Positions 1-9,476 of a stretch of DNA of 64,000 nt are shown one piece after another; the first letter of the stretch is position 1; every line of letters starts with the position of its first letter. Location: NCBI GenBank assembly GCA_021782495.1, contig JAJXUV010000001.1, positions 24,810 to 88,809 on the forward strand, given 5' to 3'. This DNA is from Pseudomonadota bacterium. GTDB lineage: Bacteria > Pseudomonadota > Gammaproteobacteria > UBA1113. The translations under genes and the position numbers were made by a program. The notes beneath the pieces were generated by a model, which had not been told where the DNA came from, did no database searches, and saw only the letters and a program-made list of their open reading frames with translations.

Positions 1-178
1 ATTATCGTAATAGCTCCTATCTAGACACACGGAAAGTCCAGATTGGGATGCAGGTTATACGGAATTTGGAAGCGAAAAAGCGGAGTTTACGTGGGTAAAT
101 AAGCATTTTTCGCTGAGAAATTGCGTGCAAGATGCGCCCAATATGGGCTTTCCCAGAAAAGGGCTGATCTGTTACTCA

Positions 179-1042
179 TTATCCCGCCATTGTTTTACCA
201 CCTAATATGGGTAAAACAAGTCCCGTGATATAACTCGAATCAGCTGAAGACGCCAAAAATACGTAGGCAGGTGCTATCTCTTCTGGCTGAGCGGGCCTTC
301 CTAAGGGAGTGTCTTTCCCAAAATCTTTAATTTCTTCATCACTGCGCTCTGCAGGGTTAAGGGGCGTCCACACAGGACCAGGTGCAACACAATTGACCCT
401 TATCTTTTTATCAATAAGATTTTGCGCCAAAGATTTCGTAAAATTATGAATAGCCGCATTGGTCGCAGCATAATCCAATAAATGTTTGCTCCCTTCTAAT
501 CCCGTCTCTGAACCGGTATTAATAATGCTGCTTCCTTCTGGCATATGTGGAAGCGCAGATTTAGTCATATAAAAATAGCCGTGTACATTGACATCAAACG
601 TATAATTCCATTGCTGAACAGAAACATTTTCTATTTCTTTTCGGTGTTTTTGATAGGCTGCATTATTAACTAAAATATCGATTTTACCAAATTTCTTCAC
701 CGTATCTTCTACTGCTTTCTCACAAAATTTTGGATCGGAGATATCCCCTTCAATCAGCAACACGACTCCTCCCAATTTTTCTATTTTAGATTTAATTTCC
801 TGTGCATCTTCTTCTTCGCTTAAGTAAACCAGTGCCACATTAGCCCCTTCCTTTGCATACAGAAAAGCAACTGCGCGACCGATTCCGGAATCGCCACCGG
901 TAATTAAGGCTATTTTTCCTTTTAATTTTCCCGCTGGTAAATAATCTGGGGCTTGGTAACACGGCTTGGGATCCATTTTCGCTTCTATACCTGGCTCACT
1001 GAATCCTTGAGAAGGGAAAGGTGGTTTAGAATACTCTCTCAT
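179..1042 (-). CDS. Short-chain dehydrogenase/reductase (YghA-like NAD(P)-dependent oxidoreductase)
   Basis: 287 aa; N-terminal TGGDSGIG Rossmann motif, NNAA, and a catalytic YxxxK-like region typical of the SDR family. Confidence 0.85.
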   Translation of the reverse strand: MREYSKPPFPSQGFSEPGIEAKMDPKPCYQAPDYLPAGKLKGKIALITGGDSGIGRAVAFLYAKEGANVALVYLSEEEDAQEIKSKIEKLGGVVLLIEGDISDPKFCEKAVEDTVKKFGKIDILVNNAAYQKHRKEIENVSVQQWNYTFDVNVHGYFYMTKSALPHMPEGSSIINTGSETGLEGSKHLLDYAATNAAIHNFTKSLAQNLIDKKIRVNCVAPGPVWTPLNPAERSDEEIKDFGKDTPLGRPAQPEEIAPAYVFLASSADSSYITGLVLPILGGKTMAG

Positions 1043-1099
1043 GGTTAATTCTCCTTTATTTAAAATAATATATCTGCTCCTTTATCTAATAAGGTCAAT

Positions 1100-1333
1100 T
1101 TAATCTTTGGCAACCAAATTTCCATCCGATTTTTTAACGTATTTTTTCTTGACCGCATTCCAGGCGACTTGATGACTGATTTTTTCCGATGAATCATTCG
1201 GATCTCGTTTTTTATCGGGATTTTTATATTCTTCTACCGCATGGTTAAATGCTTCTCGATAAATGTCTTGTGCGTGCTTTGGCAAATGTTTTTTTACCCC
1301 TTCAGGTAATTCCTCATTGCTTTCATAAGGCAT
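1100..1333 (-). CDS. chaB: ChaB family protein (putative cation transport regulator)
   Basis: 77 aa; MPYxSxxxLPExVKKHLPKHAQDIYREAFNxA matches the conserved ChaB N-terminus. Confidence 0.7.
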   Translation of the reverse strand: MPYESNEELPEGVKKHLPKHAQDIYREAFNHAVEEYKNPDKKRDPNDSSEKISHQVAWNAVKKKYVKKSDGNLVAKD

Positions 1334-1519
1334 GACCTTTTTACTCCCTTATATAAAATCAGCTTGGTCTAAAGTTTTTAGTTACAAATAAAGTATAGTC
1401 CTCATTTTATTTTAGATCCAATTTTTTAATGTTATTAATTTTTTGCGTGCCATATATTATTGTTTTTAATGAGATGATTTTGATAGATAAAATTAAAGGT
1501 AACCGTTAAGTTTTTCAGG

Positions 1520-1705
1520 TTAAAAATTTTTAAAAGGGGAAACTGACCGTTCTTCTTCTAAATGCATTTTCGTGATCATTTGATTGTATTTATTGACCAA
1601 TACAATTTGCGGTGAAAACTGCGCCAATTCTTCCTGAGCATATTGAGCATAAGCGATGATACTGGCTGCTGTCATCAAGCTTTTATCGATGGCAATAGAA
1701 CCCAT
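1520..1705 (-). CDS. Hypothetical small protein (61 aa)
   Basis: ORF only; no good SD sequence; no recognisable domain. Confidence 0.2.
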   Translation of the reverse strand: MGSIAIDKSLMTAASIIAYAQYAQEELAQFSPQIVLVNKYNQMITKMHLEEERSVSPFKNF

Positions 1706-1804
1706 ATAATTTAAATGGGCTTCTGTCCCGTGGCTCTGTGGATTTTGCTTTTACATAAAGTAAGTTGCATAGTGGATTTTAATGGTTAAAAATTCACCTG
1801 TTTT

Positions 1805-1960
1805 GGCAGGTTTTGAGTCAAAAATCAAGGGCATTCTAGCTCAAAATAGAACTCTTTAGACATAATTTTTGCTCAAATCAAAGAAATATCAAAGTTGAGC
1901 AGATTTTCTTGACATAAATTACTGCTCAAGATGCAATTATAGTCGTTTTGAGCAGAGAGA
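1805..1960. promoter_or_regulatory. Array of three imperfect palindromic sites (TTGAGyCA / TGCTCAA half-sites, GCTCAA-N17-TTGAGCA) overlapping a sigma70-like TTGACA promoter
   Basis: Direct reading: TTTTGAGTCAAAA..TAGCTCAAAA (1812-1850), TTTGCTCAAATC-N-AGTTGAGCAGA (1869-1900), CTGCTCAAG-N17-TTTTGAGCAGAG (1921-1958); TTGACA at 1908. Confidence 0.35.
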
Positions 1961-2142
1961 CGGATTATGCCAAACTCATATCACATAATCTACCGCAGCA
2001 AGCACCTGCAGATAAACTGGATCGACAACTGGCAATACGGAATTATTTTTATCTACAACTAAGAGATACTCGGGACACCGCTACCGGCCACATCGCCATC
2101 CCTGAACTTCATCAAGGATCAAATATTACGTTTACGCTCTAA
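1948..2142 (+). CDS. Hypothetical small protein (64 aa)
   Basis: ORF only; its start lies inside the third palindromic site. Confidence 0.2.
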   Translation: MSRETDYAKLISHNLPQQAPADKLDRQLAIRNYFYLQLRDTRDTATGHIAIPELHQGSNITFTL

Positions 2143-3520
2143 ACGAGACTATGTTACTCGATGACGATATAACTTGAATATTATTAACTTCTCCTTTCTC
2201 ATTAATGGAATGGTAAACGTTAAAATCATTATTGATAAGTGTAGTACAGTGTTCTTTGCTCAAGTTCATAAAACTCGTGGTCTGATGGTCTGAGCTTGCA
2301 ATGACTGTATTCGCCCAATGTAGGGCCTTCACAATCAATGCAATTTTTGCTCCTTCTGGCGCTTGATAGTATACATTTTGCAAGAATCCAGGTACATAGG
2401 TCGCGATTTTTCTTTGCTCATGAAAAACAGTATAGTCTAAATCCAGAATGGAGTATAAATTTTCCTTTTGGACGTAATCGCGGATATTAACCGCATTTTC
2501 TATATTAAAAATATTGGTCATATTGGCCAGTTTCATTATAAAAATGGCAAACTTAGGATTATGTATAGTAATGCCAAGTTTTTCTAGACAAGTTTGGGAA
2601 TATTGAGCTAACACATCAACTTGAACTTCCACTTTTTCAAATAAAAATTTAATATTCTCGTTTAAAGATATAGCGCGCTGAAACACAGATTCTGTCATAA
2701 AATGTGATCCTTGCATATTTTTAACATGGCCTTCAAAACCTAATGCATTAATAAGCCAGTATGTTAACCAGTTCTGACATTCTGTTACTGCAGACTGTCT
2801 AGTTTCTGGCGAATTAGCATTTTTTAACTGTTCTTTAAGAGGATCAAGGCAGGTTATATTTTCGAGAAAAAAAGCATGACGCCAATGCCGTGAATCAGCC
2901 GGAAAACAATGCTGTAAGATGAGGCGCTCGTCCTCATTTGCTTCCTCGTAAATAGGGTATAAATGGCCGGCTTCTCTAACAGTATAGCCACTGAATTGAA
3001 CACTGTCATAAGGCCATTTTCCTTTACCGAATAGCTCATCAGCACGCCGTATAGCTTCTGGCGACAAGGTAACCGATGCAATCACACTCGCATAGATTTG
3101 CGCATTGACTTGTGTGGGGTCTAGGGCCTGCATCTGTTTAGCCAAAATTTGAAAAGATTCCTTTGTCAACTTATCGCTATTACTTTGCTCTAGTGTGAAT
3201 TCCTCATATAACGATTCAACGTTTTGCTCATTGACTTCGCGCAAGAGTAGTAACATTTCAATACGACACAAGGCACGGAAAATTTCCCGGTTAAGATGGG
3301 CTGCCCATGTATTACTGCCATCATATAAGGCATCTGCTTGAGGCGTAAATCTGGTATTTTCCTGAACCCAATATAGCTGAGACAAAATCTTTTTGCGTTG
3401 CTCTTCTGGCAATTGAGAAATGCGCTTATATTTTTCTTTAATCAAGCTGTTGATATTTATAAAGTAAATTAAATTAGGGTTTAAATTAAGAGCATCCATA
3501 AATAGTTTCCTCAAAAACAT
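2132..3520 (-). CDS. Hypothetical protein, 462 aa, low GC, no recognisable domain; candidate horizontally acquired or effector-type gene
   Basis: Long intact ORF with AT-rich, Asn/Ile/Lys-rich composition unlike the neighbouring core genes; no TM segments or known motifs seen. Confidence 0.55.
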   Translation of the reverse strand: MFLRKLFMDALNLNPNLIYFININSLIKEKYKRISQLPEEQRKKILSQLYWVQENTRFTPQADALYDGSNTWAAHLNREIFRALCRIEMLLLLREVNEQNVESLYEEFTLEQSNSDKLTKESFQILAKQMQALDPTQVNAQIYASVIASVTLSPEAIRRADELFGKGKWPYDSVQFSGYTVREAGHLYPIYEEANEDERLILQHCFPADSRHWRHAFFLENITCLDPLKEQLKNANSPETRQSAVTECQNWLTYWLINALGFEGHVKNMQGSHFMTESVFQRAISLNENIKFLFEKVEVQVDVLAQYSQTCLEKLGITIHNPKFAIFIMKLANMTNIFNIENAVNIRDYVQKENLYSILDLDYTVFHEQRKIATYVPGFLQNVYYQAPEGAKIALIVKALHWANTVIASSDHQTTSFMNLSKEHCTTLINNDFNVYHSINEKGEVNNIQVISSSSNIVSFRA

Positions 3521-3602
3521 CTTACTTCAAATAAACTATAACATGCAACGATAGATTTATGCAAAATCTTTAAATCTGTGTAGGGAATGAACTTCATAGT
3601 GC

Positions 3603-4136
3603 TTAACCCACACATCGATTTTTTAAATAAATCCTTTGCACCATCCCTTCCATCAAGGGTTTTTCAGCTTTCAAATGAAAATCATCCAAAGACACGCCCA
3701 GCGCTATACCTTGACCTAAGATTTGAGGAATAACCGTTAAAATGATTTCATCGATTAAATGTTCTTTGGCAAAACTACTCACCAACGCAGCACCACCCAA
3801 TAACCAAATGTCTCTACCTGAAGGGTGGTTTTGCATAAATTGACGTGGACTATCATGCGTTAAATGCACACAAGGTAGCGCAATGTTGAGATCTCGCGCG
3901 CTAAAAACATAAGTTTGTTTTTGTAGCCAAGGCCAATCACCAAAACCCAGAATTTGTTCAAAGCTTTTTCTGCCCATCAAAATGGTATCAATATCTGCCA
4001 TCAGTTGGTTATAACCACACTTTTCTAACTCTTCATCGCTTTTCGGTTGCGGTAACCAATCAACGCTGCCATTCACATCGGCGATAAAACCATCTTCGGA
4101 AGCAGCGACGTAAAGAATAATGTTACGCATTGACAA
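3603..4136 (-). CDS. Dihydrofolate reductase-like protein (RibD C-terminal domain family)
   Basis: 177 aa; resembles the RibD_C/YwjB-type reductase fold (ILYVAASEDGFIA..DWL..TILMGRKSFE..WLLGGAALVSSF). Confidence 0.7.
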   Translation of the reverse strand: MSMRNIILYVAASEDGFIADVNGSVDWLPQPKSDEELEKCGYNQLMADIDTILMGRKSFEQILGFGDWPWLQKQTYVFSARDLNIALPCVHLTHDSPRQFMQNHPSGRDIWLLGGAALVSSFAKEHLIDEIILTVIPQILGQGIALGVSLDDFHLKAEKPLMEGMVQRIYLKNRCVG

Positions 4137-4146
4137 ATTCTATAAT

Positions 4147-4248
4147 TTATTCTTCCTCTTCTCCGTGATGCAATTCATACCACACACCGTGCAAAATAGC
4201 GAAAGAACAAGCGAAAGCGGTTCCGAGGATCCAGGCAAAATACCACAT
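4147..4248 (-). CDS. cydX: Cytochrome bd oxidase small subunit CydX (33 aa)
   Basis: Not in the ORF track. Reverse-complement translation MWYFAWILGTAFACSFAILHGVWYELHHGEEEE matches the E. coli CydX N-terminus MWYFAWILG..ACSF; AGGAGA SD 7 nt upstream; lies immediately after cydB. Confidence 0.8.
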   Translation of the reverse strand: MWYFAWILGTAFACSFAILHGVWYELHHGEEEE

Positions 4249-4260
4249 GGTTGAAGTCTC

Positions 4261-5400
4261 CTAATATTTGTTCTGTGAATCACTTTCTATAGACTGCGCA
4301 CTCACACGGCCGCGCATCACTCTGTACACCCAAGCGGTGTATAGTAAAATGATGGGCATAAAGAGTAAAGTGGCGCCCAACATAATACGCAAAGTTAATA
4401 AACTCGAGGAAGAATCCCACACCAACAAACTCATATTAGGATTCGTTGAAGAAGGCAATAAGAATGGAAATAAAGACAAGCCAAAAGTCGCTATCACACC
4501 GACAATGGTGAGACTACTGAATATAAAGCCCCATTTACTTTGACCACGGCCCAACAAAAACAACTGTCCCAAAACAGCAATCACGACGGAGGCAGGTGCA
4601 ATCCAAAGTAAAGGTTCTACTTGGTAATTTCCCAACCACGCCCCCAGGGCTGTGCTGACCGTTTTATGCAGCGGATTAGAAGGTCCCGCGTGATCAACCA
4701 CACTCGTCACCATATAACCGTTAATGCCTCGACTCAACCATAATCCCGCCAAAAGGAATAACACCAACATTGCGATAGATGCTACACGCCCATAGCAAAT
4801 CGCCCTTTGTCGCACAACCTCTTCTGTTTTAGTGGCTAAATACGAGGCGCCATGCATCACCAACATGCACACACTCACCAGGGCACACAACAAAGCGAAA
4901 GGATTCAACAAACCCCAAAAAGTGCCGGTGTAAAACATCCGTAAATTATCGTCGAAATGAAAAGGTACACCTTGCAATACATTGCCCAAAGCCACACCAA
5001 AAATCAGTGACGGCAATAATCCGCTGATAAATAAAAGAATATCCCAATTAGAACGCCAGCGCACAGAGGGCATTTTGCTACGGTATTTAAAACTCACCGG
5101 TCTTAAAATAAATCCCAGTAGCACTATCAGCATGGCCAAATAAAAGCCCGAAAAGGACACGGCATAAATAATCGGCCAAGCGGCAAAAATAGCGCCGGCG
5201 CCGAGAATAATCCACACTTGGTTTCCTTCCCAAATAGGCCCTACGGTGTTGATGACAATACGGCGTTCTATGTCTTTTCTCGCTACAAAAGGCAATAGCA
5301 TTGCCACGCCCAGATCAAATCCATCCATGATGGCAAAACCTGTTAACAATACGCCCAACAATACCCACCAGATAATGCGCATTATTTCATAGTCAAACAT
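4261..5400 (-). CDS. cydB: Cytochrome bd ubiquinol oxidase subunit II
   Basis: 379 aa polytopic membrane protein immediately downstream of cydA; CydB-like. Confidence 0.9.
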   Translation of the reverse strand: MFDYEIMRIIWWVLLGVLLTGFAIMDGFDLGVAMLLPFVARKDIERRIVINTVGPIWEGNQVWIILGAGAIFAAWPIIYAVSFSGFYLAMLIVLLGFILRPVSFKYRSKMPSVRWRSNWDILLFISGLLPSLIFGVALGNVLQGVPFHFDDNLRMFYTGTFWGLLNPFALLCALVSVCMLVMHGASYLATKTEEVVRQRAICYGRVASIAMLVLFLLAGLWLSRGINGYMVTSVVDHAGPSNPLHKTVSTALGAWLGNYQVEPLLWIAPASVVIAVLGQLFLLGRGQSKWGFIFSSLTIVGVIATFGLSLFPFLLPSSTNPNMSLLVWDSSSSLLTLRIMLGATLLFMPIILLYTAWVYRVMRGRVSAQSIESDSQNKY

Positions 5401-5410
5401 GTAACACCCC

Positions 5411-6949
5411 TTAATCTTTCAGCAACACCGTTCCTTCAGGCCCTAACTTAATGTATTTCACCATCAAGAAAAATTCTACAACCGCAAGCCCCGTATACAA
5501 TAGAATAAAACCCGACAATGAAATCCACAAATCACTGACCGCTAAAGAAGAAGTGCCCATAAAAGTAGGTAAAACACCATCAATCACCCAGGGCTGCCGA
5601 CCAGTCTCTGCCACGTACCAACCCAATTCTATCGCCACCCAAGGTAGCGGCAAACTGTAAAGCAGTGTACGTAAAAACCAACGTTTTTGGACTAAGGTGT
5701 CTTTAGCCCCCCAATAAAAACACAAAGCAAACAACACAATAAAGAAAAGACCACAAGCCACCATGATACGGAAAGACCAAAATAAGCCCGCCACATTCGG
5801 AACCGTATCCTGCGCTGCCGAATGAATTTGTTTCTCGGTGGCGTTAGTCACCGTGGGCGTGTATTTCTTCAATAACAAAGCATAGCCCAAATCGTTTCCA
5901 TGTTCAGTTAAAGTCGCTTGGGCTTCGAGATTGCTACTATCTTCTTGTAAATGTTGTAAAGCCTCATAGGCTATCATGCCATTTTTGATACGCTGTTCAT
6001 TGTCTATCACCAAATTGTGAATACCTGGCACAGGCTCTGTGACAGAACGTGTGGCAATCAAGCCGAGCAAATAGGGGATTTGAATCGCATCACGCGTCGT
6101 TTCATTCTTTTGATCTGGAAAACCAAATACAGTGAAACTGGCGGGTGCAGGTTCGGTATACCACATCGCTTCAATGGCAGCCAATTTCATCTTTTGATTT
6201 TGTCCTGTTTCATAACCACTTTCATCCCCCAAAACCACCACGGCAATGCTGACCAAAGCCCCAAAGGCCGCTGCTATTTTTAAAGATCGTTTGGCAAAAG
6301 CCACATTGCGATCGCGCAATAAAAAATAAGCGCTGATGGCACACACAAATAAAGTACCCGCCACATAACCGGCACTAACCGTGTGCACATATTTGGCCTG
6401 TGCCACAGGATTTAACAATACGGCTGCAAAATCATTCACTTCCATACGCATGGTATTAAAATTAAAATGCGATCCCAAAGGATATTGCATCCAACCATTG
6501 GCAATCAAAATCCATACAGCTGATAAATTAGTACCCAGGGCCAATAACCATGTCACTGTTAAATGCGCGCCTCGGGATAATCTATCCCAGCCAAAGAAAA
6601 ATATTCCCACAAAAGTCGCTTCTAAGAAAAAAGCCATTAACCCCTCGATGGCCAAGGGTGCTCCGAAAATATCCCCCACGTATTGCGAATAGTAGGCCCA
6701 ATTCGTGCCAAACTGAAATTCCATGGTAATTCCCGTTGCTACACCCATCGCAAAATTGATCCCGAATAAAATGCCCCAATATTTCACCATTTTTTGCCAA
6801 ATGGGTCTTTTGGTTAAGAAGTAAATGCTTTCCATGATTGCCAGCAGAAAAGACAATCCCAAAGTCAAGGGAACAAAAATAAAATGATACAATGCGGTTA
6901 AAGCAAATTGAAAACGGGATAAATCAACGACTGCTTCAGTAGGAAACAT
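5411..6949 (-). CDS. cydA: Cytochrome bd ubiquinol oxidase subunit I
   Basis: 512 aa; conserved CydA features including a Q-loop region and GWxxxEFGRQPW-like motif (GWYVAETGRQPW). Confidence 0.95.
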   Translation of the reverse strand: MFPTEAVVDLSRFQFALTALYHFIFVPLTLGLSFLLAIMESIYFLTKRPIWQKMVKYWGILFGINFAMGVATGITMEFQFGTNWAYYSQYVGDIFGAPLAIEGLMAFFLEATFVGIFFFGWDRLSRGAHLTVTWLLALGTNLSAVWILIANGWMQYPLGSHFNFNTMRMEVNDFAAVLLNPVAQAKYVHTVSAGYVAGTLFVCAISAYFLLRDRNVAFAKRSLKIAAAFGALVSIAVVVLGDESGYETGQNQKMKLAAIEAMWYTEPAPASFTVFGFPDQKNETTRDAIQIPYLLGLIATRSVTEPVPGIHNLVIDNEQRIKNGMIAYEALQHLQEDSSNLEAQATLTEHGNDLGYALLLKKYTPTVTNATEKQIHSAAQDTVPNVAGLFWSFRIMVACGLFFIVLFALCFYWGAKDTLVQKRWFLRTLLYSLPLPWVAIELGWYVAETGRQPWVIDGVLPTFMGTSSLAVSDLWISLSGFILLYTGLAVVEFFLMVKYIKLGPEGTVLLKD

Positions 6950-7099
6950 GATTACTCACTCCATATACATGATTAGAGAACGCCTTTCTCACCTCTGCCC
7001 GATCCGTTTTAGGCTCGGAAAAACACAAATACCATAATAGACTTAATAATATTATTTTGAAAACCAGAACCAAAGCGATCTCTTTACTAAGAATACTCA
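6936..7099 (-). CDS. Small membrane protein (54 aa) translationally coupled to cydA; possible cyd-operon accessory peptide
   Basis: MSILSKEIALVLVFKIILLSLLWYLCF... gives a single TM helix; GGAGAG SD; the start overlaps the pdxY stop (TAAAATG) and the 3' end overlaps the cydA start by 14 nt. Confidence 0.4.
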
Positions 7100-7101
7100 T
7101 T

Positions 7102-7935
7102 TTAAATCCTCTCCAAAGGTACTTTAGGAATTTCGCGATAATCAACGTCCAATACACGTAATTCGCGTTGGCCACTGGCTGCTGTTTTAGCTAAAACCCG
7201 ATCCATTAAGCCAACACTACGTTGCAAAGCTTGATCAATGCTTTTGCAAGATAAATATGAACCTAAAAAAACCGCCGAAAAAAGATCGCCCGTTCCATTG
7301 GGCGGTATTGGAAATACATATTCTTTGGTTTTCAATAAATAATGCACTTCCCCTTGAGACCCATAAATATGCAAAGACTCGGATTCAACATCGTCTAATT
7401 TGACGCCCGTTATAATAACAACTTGTGTGCCTTTGTCTTTAAAGAATTGTGCGACTGCTTTTAAATCGGCTACGTTTCTAATTTCAATACCCGATAAAAT
7501 TTGTGCTTCATATTGGTTGGGGGTAATAATATCTGCTACCAAATGGCGTTTAAAAAATTGTAACACTTCTGGCTTCACAAAACAATGGGTACTTCCGATC
7601 ACCGGATCGCATAAATATAATAGTTGTGGATTTTGCGCTTTAAATCGCTTTACGGTATCCATGACTTCATAACAAATCGCTTCACTGCCCATATAACCTG
7701 ATAAAATAGCCTCACAAATGGGAATAAGATGAAGCGCTTCTAAACCGAGAATCACTTGATGTAGATGCTCTCTCGAAAAAATTTCTCCTTCCCAATGGCC
7801 ATAACCTGTATGATTTGAAAATTGCACAGTATGAACAGGCCAAACATCATAGCCCATGGCTTGCAGAGGATAGACTGCTGCTTTATTCCCAACGTACCCG
7901 TAAGCGACATGAGATTGAATCGATAAAATAGGCAT
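7102..7935 (-). CDS. pdxY: Pyridoxal kinase PdxY
   Basis: MPILSIQSHVAYGYVGNKAA..VQFSNHTGYG is collinear with E. coli PdxY (ILAIQSHVVYGHAGNSAA..VQFSNHTQYG); start trimmed to the conserved Met. Confidence 0.85.
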   Translation of the reverse strand: MPILSIQSHVAYGYVGNKAAVYPLQAMGYDVWPVHTVQFSNHTGYGHWEGEIFSREHLHQVILGLEALHLIPICEAILSGYMGSEAICYEVMDTVKRFKAQNPQLLYLCDPVIGSTHCFVKPEVLQFFKRHLVADIITPNQYEAQILSGIEIRNVADLKAVAQFFKDKGTQVVIITGVKLDDVESESLHIYGSQGEVHYLLKTKEYVFPIPPNGTGDLFSAVFLGSYLSCKSIDQALQRSVGLMDRVLAKTAASGQRELRVLDVDYREIPKVPLERI

Positions 7936-8037
7936 TTTCTGACACGCTAAACTATTGTAACAATACAAATTGTATCATAAAATGGTAACCCTGGTAGCAA
8001 TCGGATGCAACCAAATAAATCTAGGGAGAGAGCACAA

Positions 8038-8253
8038 ATGGCGCAAAGTAATCCTTTGTTTCAAAATGATGACAACGATCAAGAAATGGTTCAAGAACGT
8101 CTGGATGAATTTTTTTCCTCTGTGATGGGATTGTTGTCGAACAGCACTTCACAACCTAAACGCAGTGCAGAACAAATAGTCACAGCCCGCAGACAAGTCG
8201 AAGAAATTTTATTAAGGAAGCAAAAGGAAGAATTATTTGGCGAAACTGTATAG
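8038..8253 (+). CDS. Hypothetical small acidic protein
   Basis: ORF only; a possible longer start at 8005. Confidence 0.3.
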   Translation: MAQSNPLFQNDDNDQEMVQERLDEFFSSVMGLLSNSTSQPKRSAEQIVTARRQVEEILLRKQKEELFGETV

Positions 8254-8444
8254 CTTTTCCTTGCACTTTTTTATAAATAAGCTATAGTTAATCATAGAGG
8301 GTTCAGTTAAGATTTCCTTAAGGTTCCCAACGGAACCACCCTCTAATGATCGAACAAGCACAGCTAAACATTTTTTATTTATGTGCTTGTGATAGAGATA
8401 AATAATAAGTGTTTGTGATGTATGATTTTTCCTTATAGAGTTTA

Positions 8445-8590
8445 TTGACACTTAGTTTGTCGAATCGAAAAATGAGTGTCAACAAGCCCTGATCTGCGGG
8501 CTACGGTAGCGGTGTTCTGAGTTCTCCTCCAACCTCCGACGCCACTTCCTTAAGGACTTAGGAGCCACCACGGTAGCCCCGCAGATGTTT
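8445..8590. ncRNA. Candidate structured RNA or regulatory element upstream of dam
   Basis: Hairpin TTGACACT..AGTGTCAA (8445-8482), then a roughly 22-bp imperfect stem ATCTGCGGGCTACGGTAGCGGTG (8492-8514) against CCACCACGGTAGCCCCGCAGATG (8566-8588) enclosing a CU-rich loop; strand and function unknown. Confidence 0.2.
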
Positions 8591-8663
8591 CCCCACTCTA
8601 CTCTTGCATAACTTCATAGAAATTCTTTACCATAGTCACTAACGTACCAACTGGACATTCCAA

Positions 8664-9476
8664 ATGACTGAGCGCATACGGCCCTTCTTAAAATGGGCTG
8701 GAGGTAAATTTAAACTGTGCGATTGGATCAACAGTCATTTACCTTCCGGACCCCGCTTAATTGAACCTTTCGTAGGCGCAGCAGCGGTTTTTTTAAATAC
8801 GACTTTCGATCGCTACTTATTGAATGACTGCAATCCCGATCTGATTAACTTATATCAGTTGCTGCAAGAAGAAGGGGCACCTTTCATTCAATATTGTAGA
8901 ACTTTTTTTACAAAAAAAAATAATACGGAAAAACGGTATTATCTTTTGCGCGAGCAATTTAACCACACGCAAAACGTATCTGAAAAATCGGCTTTATTTC
9001 TTTATTTAAATCGCCACTGTTTTAATGGCTTGTGCCGATACAATAGTAGCGGCCATTTTAACGTTCCCATCGGACAATATGAAAAACCTTATTTCCCTCA
9101 CGATGAAATGCTCGCTTTTCATCGTAAAGCACAACAAGCGATATTCACTTGTTCAGACTTTAGCAGCGTCATGCGCGAAGCATCTCAGGAAGATGTGATT
9201 TATTGCGATCCTCCTTATTACCCCTTAGACGATTCTGCCAATTTTACACGCTATCACTCTTACGATTTTGCACTAGACAAACAAACTTTGTTGGCGCAGT
9301 TGTGTGTGGAATTGCAAAAGCAAGGGGTCCGCAGTGTGATATCGAATCACGCCATTCCTCAAACACGCAAATTGTATAAACACGCTAAAAAATTGGTGTT
9401 TTGCGATGTGATGCGCAACATCAGTGCCAAGGGCCTTTATCGTGTTCCTGTAAAAGAATTATTGGCTTTATATTAA
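8664..9476 (+). CDS. dam: DNA adenine methyltransferase (GATC-specific, D12 class N6-MTase)
   Basis: FLKWAGGK..PFVGAAAVFLN..DPPY motifs collinear with E. coli Dam. Confidence 0.85.
   Translation: MTERIRPFLKWAGGKFKLCDWINSHLPSGPRLIEPFVGAAAVFLNTTFDRYLLNDCNPDLINLYQLLQEEGAPFIQYCRTFFTKKNNTEKRYYLLREQFNHTQNVSEKSALFLYLNRHCFNGLCRYNSSGHFNVPIGQYEKPYFPHDEMLAFHRKAQQAIFTCSDFSSVMREASQEDVIYCDPPYYPLDDSANFTRYHSYDFALDKQTLLAQLCVELQKQGVRSVISNHAIPQTRKLYKHAKKLVFCDVMRNISAKGLYRVPVKELLALY

Noticed and set aside
4268-4543. Plus-strand ORFs inside the cydAB genes (4268-4543, 5451-5660, 6017-6283, 6381-6692)
   Set aside because: They are antisense to well-supported cydA and cydB coding sequence.
8445-8590. 6S RNA (ssrS) or another canonical housekeeping RNA (SRP, tmRNA, RNase P)
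   Set aside because: The architecture (one long stem with a CU-rich loop) and the context (upstream of dam, not ygfA) do not fit 6S. The size and conserved motifs do not fit SRP, tmRNA or RNase P. It is kept only as a low-confidence generic structured element.
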